NCBI GenBank assembly: GCA_964016885.1
Contig: OZ024742.1
Location: 247,442,001 to 247,506,000 of the forward strand
Direction of reading: 5' to 3'
DNA from: Eledone cirrhosa
Lineage: Eukaryota
Length of the DNA stretch: 64,000 bases
Shown here: positions 51,532 through 64,000 of the stretch, piece by piece
How the letters are laid out: every line of letters begins with the position of its first letter
Numbering within the stretch: position 1 is the stretch's first letter
The notes under the pieces: model-generated
Databases searched by the model: none
What the model was told of the DNA's origin: nothing
Seen by the model: only the letters and a program-made list of their open reading frames with translations
Made by a program: the position numbers and the translations under genes

Positions 51532-51803
51532 AGAGATATACACATAAACAAACAAACATACACAAACACACAAACACAAACACGCAAACACACACAAACG
51601 CATACACACACGGACACACAAACGCTTACAAACACACATTCACAAACACGCAAACACACACAAACACATACACACACGGACACACAAAAGCTTACAAACA
51701 CACATTCACAAACACAGAAACACACATTCACAAACACACAAACACACACACGCATACATACAAAACGCACACACACACCCATCGCGCGCACACACACACA
51801 CAT

Positions 51804-51854
<51 letters not shown>

Positions 51855-52295
51855 GTTTGTTGTCTATACATGTATATATACCTATACATGTATATATAAG
51901 ATAATAATACAAAATAAAATTATTACATTTACATTTTCACACGCATACAGACACATCACACCATACATACATACATAGGAATATACACATATACACACAT
52001 ACATAAATACATACATACATAAATACATATACACACACATAAATACATACATATATACATACATACATATATATATATACATAGGCGCCGTAGCGACTTA
52101 CACGTGTTCAAGCCCAGGTGTGTCTATCGGAGCCACTAACAGAGAGAGAAACTTACCCGCCGTTACTGGAACAAAACTGTTGGAGATATGGAGTTATTTA
52201 CCTAAGACACGTAAGTAAATATCTATACATTGTTACACCTGTATATATATATATGTATATATACATATACACTCTCACACACACATCAGTCAATA

Positions 52296-52390
<95 letters not shown>

Positions 52391-52393
52391 GTG

Positions 52394-52504
<111 letters not shown>

Positions 52505-52532
52505 AAATATATATACACATATATATATATAC

Positions 52533-52657
<125 letters not shown>

Positions 52658-52666
52658 TATATATGA

Positions 52667-52736
<70 letters not shown>

Positions 52737-52747
52737 GTATATATATT

Positions 52748-52860
52748 CAGGGTGCCCCCCCCCCCAAAAAAAAAAACAATGTATACACACTTTGATTAAC
52801 TGCAGAGGCAATATTTATTAGAATGTTCTTGAAGTGTGTATATATTTTTGGAACACCCTG
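52748..52860. mobile_element. Tc1/mariner-type MITE in a TA microsatellite
   Basis: TIR CAGGGTG.CCC..AAAA..TGTATACACACTT / AAGTGTGTATATATTTTTGGAACACCCTG. Confidence 0.7.
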
Positions 52861-52894
52861 TGTGTATATATATATATATGTATATATCATATAA

Positions 52895-52956
<62 letters not shown>

Positions 52957-53198
52957 CATATATGTGTCTGCGTGTGTATGTGTGTCTTTATTATATAATG
53001 TTGTAATATATAAATAATAAATAACAGGGTATTGATAACCATAACAATCAGTATATATTTATTTTATATATGTATGTGAATATATTTTTATTTAGTTTAA
53101 CATGCGTATACTAATATACAAACTTACCAATTTGCTCACACAACAAACATACATACACAAAATATGGTGACACTGAAGCACACACCCAAATATACACT

Positions 53199-53307
<109 letters not shown>

Positions 53308-53425
53308 ATATATACAAACATGCATGCGTGTTTGTATATATGAATGAAATTTGTCTTTATGAGAGTTTTGACGGAGCAATCTACCTGTTCCAGCCATCCA
53401 GCTGAGGCTATGCTGGAGCACATAT

Positions 53426-53457
<32 letters not shown>

Positions 53458-53757
53458 ATATATAATATATATATATATATATATATACATTTACCCATAA
53501 CCGGGAGATGATTTAGTGTATCTCTATGTAATTATTCCACCAAAAGGCGCACGGGAGTATATGTACGTTCCTAAATAAAGGTATATATTTATACACACAT
53601 TTATACATACATGCATCTATATCTATATATCTATGTGTACATCTGTCTGTCTGTCTGTCCGTCTGTCTGTCCCTCTCTCTCTCTCTCTATCTATCTACCT
53701 CTCTATCTATCTATCTATCTATCTCTCTATCTCTCATTCTCTCTCTATATATAAAAC

Positions 53758-53936
53758 ATCGTGAGCCCAACAGCTGAGCTCCTGCTGTTTCAACAGCTAG
53801 TTCGCACCTATTTGTTGAAACAGGAGGAGCTGAGCCGTCGGGGCCTTGACTCTTTCATATTACCTCACTCTACTACCCCAAGTATCGAGTACTCTAGTGA
53901 GTAATGATCTAACTGGTTTTCATTGCATCCATTCTG
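53758..53936 (+). mobile_element. degenerate family H1 element
   Basis: GAAACAGGAGGAGCTGAGCCGTCGGGGCC..ACTCTACTACCCCAAGTATCGAGTAC. Confidence 0.7.
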
Positions 53937-53957
53937 ATAGCTACCTATCCCCCCCCC

Positions 53958-54074
<117 letters not shown>

Positions 54075-54150
54075 TATATATATACATACATGCATGTATA
54101 TATTCATTTAAGTGTGAGTGTGTATTCGCTTGTGGTTGTTCATCACCTCA

Positions 54151-54243
<93 letters not shown>

Positions 54244-55039
54244 GAGGTCCTATATAGTACCGATGTTTTAACGAAAGTAAATGGAACAAGAAATGTAACA
54301 GTGAGATATCGGAAACATCACCGAACAGGTGTTCCAATGAACATGTGTACTTCTCAGTAACTAACAAATAATATTGTAGATCAACTACGTCATGTTACCA
54401 AGCGCTGAACAAGATGGTAAACAGAAGTGTGCCCACGGAAGGTGCTCGAATGTGCGCTAAACAAATGGAAAAAGCTGAGGTTAACATAAACATGGTGACA
54501 GCACTAAACACGAAATAAAACTATACTGCAAACACCAAGTATAAGTATATTTATATCCCATAAAGAATAATATATATGTCTATATTATACACGAAAGTAA
54601 TTTTAAAATCCCAGTATGTTGAGTATGCAATAGTAAACTTGTGTTGAACAGAACCGTAACTATGTAAGTTGTAGTGAAAACAAGTAAATCGTGATGGCGT
54701 TGAAGACGTAGTGAACATAACAGTAAATGTGTGGTGAACACTGTTAACGACTGGTGTGATGAGGAGAGGACAATAGTGAAATAACAGTGAAATAACTGTA
54801 AACGTTTAGTGAACAGTGTTAAAGCAGTGTTAAAACAGTTTTAAAAGAACCCCACCGTAAACATGTGCTGAACACAACTGTGAACATATGGTGAATATAC
54901 ACCAGTAAATAAAGGGTAGACACATTGGTGACACAACCCCCTTATACTGAGTGGGTTTATAGAGGGAAAAGAATTATGACAGTCATGATGATGATGGTGG
55001 TGACAATACGGGAGATGTTGATTGTGGTAGCGGTGGTAT

Positions 55040-55725
55040 TTTTAAGTGATGATGATGATGATAATGATGATGATGATGATAAAAGTGAGTGTGTTGTTGA
55101 TGACAATGGTGAGGATTTTGTCGGTGGTGGTGAAGCTGGTTGTGGTGGTGTTGTTGTTGGTGTTGGTGGTGGTGATTTGTGATGATGTTGGTGACGGTGG
55201 TTGTGGTGTCGGTAGTGATATTGTTTGTGGTGATACTGATGACGGTGGTTTTGTAGTGGTTGATGTTGGTGCTGGTGATGGTAATGGTGGTGGTGGTGGT
55301 GACAGTAGTGGTGGTGGTGGTGGTGGTGGTGGTTGTGATGTTAGTGGTGGTGCTGATGGTGGTGATGTTAATGGTGGTGGTGGTGGTGACAGTAGTGGTG
55401 GTGGTGGTGGTGGTGGTTGTGATGTTAGTGGTGGTGCTGGTGGTGGTGATGTTAATGGTGGTGCTGATGGTGGCGATGGTGGTGATGATAGTGGCGGTAT
55501 TGATGGCGGTGATGATAATGGTGGTGCTGATGGTGGCGATGGTGGTGATGATAGTGGCGGTATTGATGGCGGTGATGATAATGGTGGTGCTGATGGTGGT
55601 GATGGTGGTGATGATAGTGGCGGTATTGATGGCGGTGATGATAGTGATGATGGTGATGGTGGTAATAGATGATCAAAATGATGGTGATGATGAAGATGCT
55701 GCTGAGGCTGCTGCAAGTGATGAAG
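55040..55725. repeat. GGT/GAT low-complexity tract with ~60-bp higher-order repeats
   Basis: GATGGTGGTGATGATAGTGGCGGTATTGATGGCGGTGATGATA recurs with a 60-bp period at ~55475, 55535 and 55600. Confidence 0.85.
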
Positions 55726-55728
55726 ACG

Positions 55729-56172
55729 AGGGCGGGGATTCGCTGTATCGGTAAAGTATCGGACACCATGCTTTGTGGCATAGAGTTACGATCCTTTACG
55801 AGTTGAGTTCACATCCTGCCGAGGTTAGCTTTGCCTTTCATCCTTACGGGGACGATAAACTAAAGTACCAGTAATGCACTGGGGTAAATTCAATCGACTT
55901 CCCCTCCCCTAACAAATTGTTGGCCTGAGTACCAGTAATGCACTGGTTAATTGCTGGCCTTGTGCCTAAAGTAGAAACAATTATTATGACGAAGGTGACG
56001 GTGGTGATGAATCTGATGATTCTGATGAAAATAATTGTTTCTACTTTTTGGCACAAGGCCAGCAATTACCCCAGTGTATTACTGGTACTTAATTTTATCG
56101 ACTCCGTAAGGATGGAAGGCAAAGTTATTCTCAGAGGGATTTGAACTCAGAATGGCAAGGGCCGAAACTCTG
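55729..56172. mobile_element. tail-to-tail pair of S1 SINEs (55729-55985 plus, 56030-56172 minus)
   Basis: Both 3' ends (GCTGGCCTTGTGCC.AAAGTAGAAACAATTAT) face each other ~45 bp apart. Confidence 0.85.
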
Positions 56173-56519
56173 ATGAAAATAATGTTGATTATGATGATGT
56201 TAATGATGATGGGCATGAACATTATGATGAATGAATACGATGATGTTGATGCTGTGGCTGATGGTAATATATAATCATATATTAATATATTTGGTGGTGA
56301 TGTTGATGACCGCTACCATGGTTATCATGACGATGATGATGACAATGATGATTATGTTGATTATTATTATGGTTATGACGATGATCACGATGAAAAACAG
56401 AGAGGGGGGGGGCACGAAAAAGTGAGAGAGAAAGTGAGAGAGAGAGAGAGAGAGAGAGGGGGGTGAGAGATATTGATAGATAGATAGATAGATAGATATC
56501 GATATATATATCGATATAT

Positions 56520-56614
<95 letters not shown>

Positions 56615-56629
56615 TATATATATATAAAT

Positions 56630-56824
<195 letters not shown>

Positions 56825-57074
56825 AGTGGAAGCTTAGTAAAATCGAGGCGTTGGCTGCGGCCAAGAAAATCGACCTACAACTAGGAATGAGTAGCAAAGC
56901 ACTCAATAAGGGTAGGTCCTCAGAGTAATAACATTACGTTTAAAGAGCTTGACAAATTGAAAATTGCGGCAGACAATACCAGCGATACAATATCAAAACA
57001 ACGAAAAGAACTAATCAGGTTAGACAACAGACATATATATATATATTAACCTGTATATATATATATATATATAA

Positions 57075-57280
57075 TGAAAGGGATGTGGTAAGGAACCAGA
57101 TGGACCATAAGGCACCAGAGAACTCAATACTTAGGGTAGTAGAGTGGGTAATAGGAAAATGCTTGACCCCGACGGCAGAGCTCAAGCCGTTTCGATGGCT
57201 ATTTCCGGACAAAATTCATTTTAAAAAATAGCCGTCGAAACGACTTGAGCTCTGCCGTCGAGGTGAAGCATTTTCCTATA
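57075..57280 (-). mobile_element. family H1 element; truncated copies at 58220-58324 (minus) and 44578-44690 (plus)
   Basis: Tail GGTAAGGAACCAGATGGACCATAA..CTCAATACTTAGGGTAGTAGAGTGGG and hairpin 57151-57279, flanked by TA runs. Confidence 0.85.
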
Positions 57281-57359
57281 TATATATATGCTCTACGGTT
57301 CTTATATATTTGTCCTTATCGAGCCCTCTTTGGATTTTAGTCTTCAAATTTATTATTAT

Positions 57360-57452
<93 letters not shown>

Positions 57453-57838
57453 AAGTAAAAAAGACAGAGAGAAAGGGAGGGGGGGGGATTAAAGGACTGG
57501 CCCACATGGAAACTGGTAGAGGTGTGTGTCGGTAAACTTCGTATGTTGTGTTTATTTGTAAACTATAGTTTTCTTCTTCGAAGTAAAACGTTATGGGAAG
57601 TGTTTAGACGTTTCGGACAAAATCATTCACCGGGGACGTAGAATGTGTTTCTACGAACTCCATGACATCCCACACACACGCGCGAACACAGGAACACACA
57701 CACATAGAAAACACATACATACAAACATACATACAAACACACGCGTGCATATACACACAATTTTGTCAGGATTTGTATGGCATAGGTATGGCATATTTAT
57801 GCGTATTAGCTAGTTATCTCTCCCCCCCCCCCCCCCCC

Positions 57839-57898
<60 letters not shown>

Positions 57899-58029
57899 TT
57901 TAGTACAGCATTAACGAAGCTTTAGTTCGCGGCCAAGCTAACGAAGGCAAATTCGGTATGTAGCTTTAGAACTCGGATGGGGAAAAATACCCCAGATTAA
58001 TAACAATACGTTTAGACAGCTTAGCAAAT

Positions 58030-58185
<156 letters not shown>

Positions 58186-58337
58186 TATGTATATATATAT
58201 ATATTTGTATATATATATATAACGAAGGAGTTGAGGTAGGGAACCAGATGGACCATAACGCACCACAGTACTCAATACTTAGAGTAGTAGAGTGGGTAAT
58301 ACGAAAAAGTATGACCCCGACGACATATATATATGTG

Positions 58338-58368
<31 letters not shown>

Positions 58369-59173
58369 ATATATATACTGGGAGTTTCTTTCGGAGGAGT
58401 CTGAACTTTCAGAACGTCGAGAGTCGGAACCAATAATGCTATGTCTATCCTTGGGCCTTCAGATTGCTGTTTCTTGGCCCTTGCTACAGGGAAACAAAAG
58501 ATTTCCCCTCTATTTTTCCGACCTACGGCATGTGGAGCTCTGGAAACAATTATTGTTGTTGTTATTGTTACATCTGTTGTCGTTATTGCATCGACTGTTG
58601 ATTTTGCTTCTGCTGTTGTTCGTCTCTCTATTGTGTAATGTGCATCAGTAGCCTCTCGGGGCAAAGGAACTCAGATTTTACCTCTACACTGTACAGTTAC
58701 TCGACCTTCTGGATGTTTAATTGTAGTTTGTGATTTAAGAGACACATAGGATTTGAATGTATCTAGATTTCATCAAGTATTCAGCGACTGATATAACGAG
58801 AAGAAAGGGTCACCCGATGTTGGTGGTGGTATATATTTTCAACTGAGTAGTGCACATGATAAATATGAAATAAAGGGACTTGCCCAAGTCGACAATCTAC
58901 TGTCTGTTATAGAAATCGAACTCATGACCTAACAATGATGAACTCACCACAATAAGTCCATGGCTGCGGGTGTTTGTAACCCAGCCATCAGCCGAATTGC
59001 GTTCCTACATTCTCCACAATGGAGTACAATTAGGGAACAACTTTGTCATCTTCTGGTCGTTATATGTGCCCATGTTTTATTCTCGGTTCTAACGAACAGA
59101 ATGCCCACACACACCTATAGTTTCTGACCTGGCCAAATGTTGCTGTTATTATGGTACATAAAAATCTCTCCTG

Positions 59174-59357
59174 TGGATTGGCAGTATCGGTAGAGGGTCG
59201 GACGCCATTCATTGACGCATAGAGTTACGGCCCTTTCCATTCTGAGTTCAAATCCCGCCGAGGTTAACTTTGCCTTTCATCCTTACAGGGTCGATAAAGT
59301 ATGGTACCAGTAATGCACTGATATTTGCTGGCCTTGTGCCAAACGTAGAATCAATTA
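59174..59357 (+). mobile_element. S1 SINE
   Basis: GTGGATTGGCAGTATCGGTAGAGGGTCGGACGCC..GAGTTCAAATCCCGCCGAGG. Confidence 0.85.
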
Positions 59358-60175
59358 TTAATAAGACAAGACAGAGATACGTTACTCCCCAACTTGCAGG
59401 TTCCTCGATGTATTCCAAAGGGAAAGATACTGTTCCTTGTTACATATCCCTCCCGTCTCTTTTTCTTTTTCAAGAGCCGAACAAAATCGAGCATCTCTCC
59501 CAGACTACCAATACTAGCAAAACTTGCTATTGCTATGATCAATATCGTTATTAATGCTTCTTTTTTAGTTTGTTAAATTATAAATGTCTGCTATGTTTTT
59601 ATTTTCAACATTATTCATTAAAAAAATATCTTTCCGTTTTTGCTTTCACAATGTCTTTCCGAGTCGATGTGATTATTGCTGCCTGGCTTGTGGCTAGCAT
59701 CTTTCAATGCTTCTCCAGAAGAATCCATATATATTTACTAATAAATAAACAATTTTTTTACAACGATATATAAATATCTAAAAAAAATGATCTGCTATTT
59801 CCCCAAGTAATGGGACAGATGTTTTGAATGTTTCAGAAGTCCTTGTTTGCAAATTAGTAATAGTAATTGTGCCCCCCTTTAAGTTCTTTAGGTTCAAGGC
59901 CAGAGATATCGGGGATGGGATACATTAAGCTCAATGTAATAAATCTAACCGCTTCGTGAGCTCATAAACACCTAATAATACCAATTTCTAACATAGACAC
60001 TAGAGTTCGATATCGTCAGAGGAGCATAATCTATTAAATTGACTCCAATATTTGACTTTATTTTAAAGTATCCAGTAAAATGAAAGGAAAAGCTGATCTC
60101 GGCGGGACAGTAAATCAGAACGTAATGAGTCACCAGAAATACGCCATAGCTTTGTTCGATGCTACCAGTATCCAA

Positions 60176-60805
60176 AGTAGTAGCAGCAGTAGTAGTAGTA
60201 GTAGTAGTAGAAGTAGTAGTGGTGGTATGAGTAGTAGTAGTTATAGTAGTAGTGGTGGTGATAGTACTAGTAGTGGGGGTAGAAGTAGGAATTGTAGTAG
60301 TAGTGGTAGTAGTAGTGGTGGTAGCAGTAGTGGTACTAGTAGACCTAGTAGTAGTGGCAGTAGTAGACGTAGTAGTAGCAGCAGCAGTAGTAGTGGTGTT
60401 AGTATTAGTAGTAGTAGTAATAATAGTACTGGTAATAGTAGTGGTGGTAGCAGTAGTAGTAATAGTAGTAGAAGTAGTAGTAGCAGCAGTAGTAGCAGTT
60501 GCAACAGCATTAGCAGTTGCAGTAGCAGTAGTTGTAGTAATAGTAGCAGCAGCAGTAGTCGTTATCCTTGTTGGTAGTAGTAGTAGTGGTGGTGGTATTG
60601 TAGTGGTAGTAGTATAGCAGCAATAGCAGTAATCGTAGATATGGGAGTGGTAGCAGTAGTACTAGTTGTTGTTATAGTAGTAATGGTGGTAGTGGTGTTA
60701 CTGTTGGTGGTGGTAGTAGCAGTAGTTGACGTAGTAGTAGTAGTAGTCTGTATCTTCGTGGTAGTAGTTGTAGTATTGATGGCGGTGGTGGTGGAAGTAG
60801 TAATG
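60176..60805. repeat. degenerate (AGT/AGC/GGT)n trinucleotide tract
   Basis: Direct reading. Confidence 0.85.
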
Positions 60806-61306
60806 AAATGAACCTCAGTAGTCCACTGATATTTTATCTAGTGGCCCCGATAGTTAAAGCTGAACCCAACGAACTCGAGTACGTACACACGAGCCATCTT
60901 GTCCTACAATCTAAAAACACAGCGTATCCACTGTTCGCTATTTGAACTCTGAACGTAAAAAGGCGAAAGAAATATCGTAAGAAGCCCGCTTCACAGTCAT
61001 CCGAGTTTGACCCCGCTGTTTGATTCTGAGTTCGATTCCCGAGTTCGATTCCTAGTTCGATTCCTGAGTCCGATCCCACTATTTGATCACGAGTTCGAGC
61101 CCACTGTTAACTCAAGAATTCGATCGCATCTTGTTAACTGTCAGATACCATGGTTTTGAAACCGAGGACACGGAAAATGTTTGGCAACCCATTGGAATCA
61201 GACCTGTCAAATCTCCCCGTCCGCTGGGGAGATCTAACACCCAATTTGGGGTGAGTGAGAGATGTCTTCTCTTGTGAAAATGGGTTTAGCTTTCATTATG
61301 TGGATT

Positions 61307-61684
61307 GGGGCGGTGAATTGGCAGTATCGGTAGAGGGTCGGACGCCATGCTTTCCAGCATAGTTACGTCCCTTTACGATCTGAGTTCAAATCCCGCCGAG
61401 GTTGACTTTGCCTTTCATCCTTACGGGGTCGATAAAATAAAGTACCAGTAATGTACTGGGTAATTGCTGGCCTTGTGCCAATAGTAGAAACAATTATGTG
61501 GATTGGCAGTATCGGTAGAGGGTCGGACGCCATGCTTTGACGCATAGAGTTACGGCCCTTCCCATTCTGAGTTCAAATCCCGCCGAGGTTAACTTTGCCT
61601 TTCATCCTTATGGGGTCGATAAAATAAAGTACCAGTAATACACTGAGTAATTGCTGGCCTTGTGCCAAAAGTAGAAACAATTAT
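61307..61684 (+). mobile_element. head-to-tail dimer of young S1 SINEs (61307-61496, 61498-61684)
   Basis: Two consecutive near-consensus copies. Confidence 0.9.
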
Positions 61685-61824
61685 GTAAAATTTCCCCATT
61701 TTGTCTCATTTTCCACGTTTTGGGGCACTTTTTTTCATGGTACTCCTTTCTAGGTTTTTAAAGGTTGGCAAGTCTGTGGGATGGTTGTAGTTCTGTTACA
61801 AAGACTTAGCCATATCACACATTG

Positions 61825-62265
61825 CTACACTGAATCTTTCTCGGGTACATGTCTTTCTGAAATGCTCGCTCGTTTTGCAGGGTAATTTCACAATCCCCTC
61901 GGAATGATTCTACCTCTGTGAGAAAGGGGTACACTGAATGTCCGTCAAGGTACACGCGTTGGTGAAATACTCATTCGTTTTGCAAGGTAATTTCGAAAGT
62001 CCCTTGGAATGATTGCAGCTCTGTTAGAAAGGGCTATACTGAATCTCCCTCAAGGTACACGTGTTTGTAAAATCTTGCTCGTTTTGCAAGGTAATTTCAC
62101 AAGCCTATCGAAATGATTGTAGCGCTATTACAAAGGGGCAGTTACACGTAATTTTTCTTATGCTACACGTGTTTGCGAAATGGTTGCTAGTTTTGCAAGG
62201 TAATTTCACAAGGAGGCCGTGTCGTTGATCGAATAACTGGTATTATCGTTGTCGAAACCAACGGA
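61825..62265 (+). repeat. ~4 degenerate tandem units (~110 bp) related to the S3 SINE 3' body
   Basis: GTTTTGCA(A/G)GGTAATTTC at ~61872, 61977, 62081, 62190; CTGAAT and GGTACA motifs recur and resemble 40660-40790 in reverse. Confidence 0.7.
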
Positions 62266-62797
62266 AATTCATTTTATGTATAGGTGTTCGTATGTGTGTT
62301 TATGTGTATGAGTCGTTATGTATTTATGTATATATGTATAGGCGTATATATGTCTGTCTGTCTGTATGTATGTATATATGACTGTCTGTCTGTATGTATA
62401 TATGTCTGTGTGTCTGTCTGCCTGTCTCTATGTATGTATATATGTCTGTCTCTCTGTATGTATATATGTCTGTCTGTATGTATGCATGTATATATGATTG
62501 TCTGTCTGTATGTTATATATGTCTGTGTGTCTGTCTGCCTGCCTCTATGTATGTATATATGTCTGTCTCTCTGTATGTATGTATGTATGTATGTATATAT
62601 GACTGTCTGTCTGTCTCTCTCTGTTTGTCTATCTGTGTGTCTGTCTGTCTGTATGTATATATGTATATATGACTGTCTGTCAGTCTGTTTGTCTGTATGA
62701 ATGTATGCATGTATGTGTGTATTTATGTATGTATATATGTATGAATGTTCGTATGTATGTATGTATGTAAGTATGTATGTGTCTATGTATGTATATA

Positions 62798-62833
<36 letters not shown>

Positions 62834-63684
62834 TGTATGTATGTATGTATGTATGTATGTATGTATGTATGTATGTATGTTTATGTGTATGCATGTACAT
62901 GCGCATCAGTGTGTAGCAGCCGTTTTATCTCAGCATGATTCTTATTGGTGACTGTCTTAATCTCCCCCTGTCTCTCTCTTACTAGATAACTACATTTTTT
63001 CAATTCTTTTATTCTTTTACTTGTTTCAGTCATTATATTACGGCCATGCTGTGACTGGTGCCTTAAAGGAATACTTTTTCAAGCCATGAATTTTCAAGCC
63101 ATGAAATTTATATATTCAATATCTTTTGATGAACCTCATACACGTTCACAAACACATATATATATATATACACACACACACGCACACACACCCACACGAT
63201 CACACACACACACACACATGTGTGCGCGCACATAGAGAGAGAAAAAGAGAGAGAAATAGAGAAATAGAAAGAGAGAGAGAAAGAGAAAGAGAGAGATGCA
63301 CACATGCACAAACGCACACAGACACATATATATATAATTATACAACGTCTACTAAACTTTTCTGGCACGGCACCGGTCAATCCAGAGCTGCAATGAAAGG
63401 CAATTGCCCAAGATGCCACGCAGTGAGAAGAAACCCAAACTTTGTGGATGGTAAACCAACTTTTCAAGGCAACCTTTTAAGCACACAATTATACCTATAT
63501 TTCTTCAGCATTTTGTGGTATGGGGCAACAAATAATGTTCCATCACTCTAAACTTTCAGTACTTAGTCATTTGTAATTAGCTGAATACAAATAATATCTA
63601 GAATTTTCACCCATTTCGCTTGCTAGAGCACGACATGTAAATATATACATACACACATACAAATATATAATGTGTACCTATGGC

Positions 63685-63812
<128 letters not shown>

Positions 63813-64000
63813 GATGAGTGTGTGTTTGTGAGGATTTCTTTGCCTGTGTTAGTCTATGACTGTTATGCTGTGTGCATCTGTGTGGATGTATGTGTGCATG
63901 TGCATATGTCTGAGTGGATATTTGCATGTGTGCGTTAGTGCATTTGTGTGTGTGTCTGTGTATATGCGCGTGTAAAATGTATTTCTTCGTGTCATTGTAT

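Noticed and set aside
55042-55716. Extensin-like Pro-rich or Gly/Asp-rich ORFs
   Set aside because: Open in several frames on both strands because of GGT/GAT repeats; no splice or start context.
59360-59730. Minus-strand pseudo-ORF MDSSGEALKDASHKPGSNNH...
   Set aside because: Short, interrupted by stops and a frameshift, with no identifiable homology.

Overview
AT-rich, repeat-saturated animal genomic DNA, probably intronic or intergenic. The tRNA-derived SINE families resemble those I recall from Octopus genomes (inference, not a database result). No intact host protein-coding gene is supportable, and most ORFs in the track are translations of (TA)n/(CA)n/(GA)n/(ACT)n microsatellites. Decayed retroelements present: L1/Tx1-like (1637-2915), an RTE inserted into it (2916-4872), a CRE-clade element with PHD+RT+REL (28010-31200) and a Penelope-like RT+GIY-YIG element (45757-47447). 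The window also holds three non-autonomous Helitrons, a mariner-type MITE, about 20 SINE copies, a 4.3-kb Thr-codon-rich 44/45-bp minisatellite, an 11x80-bp array of a SINE head, and a ~0.9-kb inverted duplication bracketing ~12 kb. The most striking signal is a dense population of short Penelope-pLTR-like elements sitting in TA microsatellites that carry type I hammerhead ribozyme folds; the best are 38571-38640(-), 6444-6494(+) and 9558-9600(-). Several copies are fold-back palindromes that turn exactly in hammerhead stem II, and unrelated families share a TATTGAGTRC box between ribozyme and insertion end. All structures were read by eye, so boundaries are approximate unless stated.
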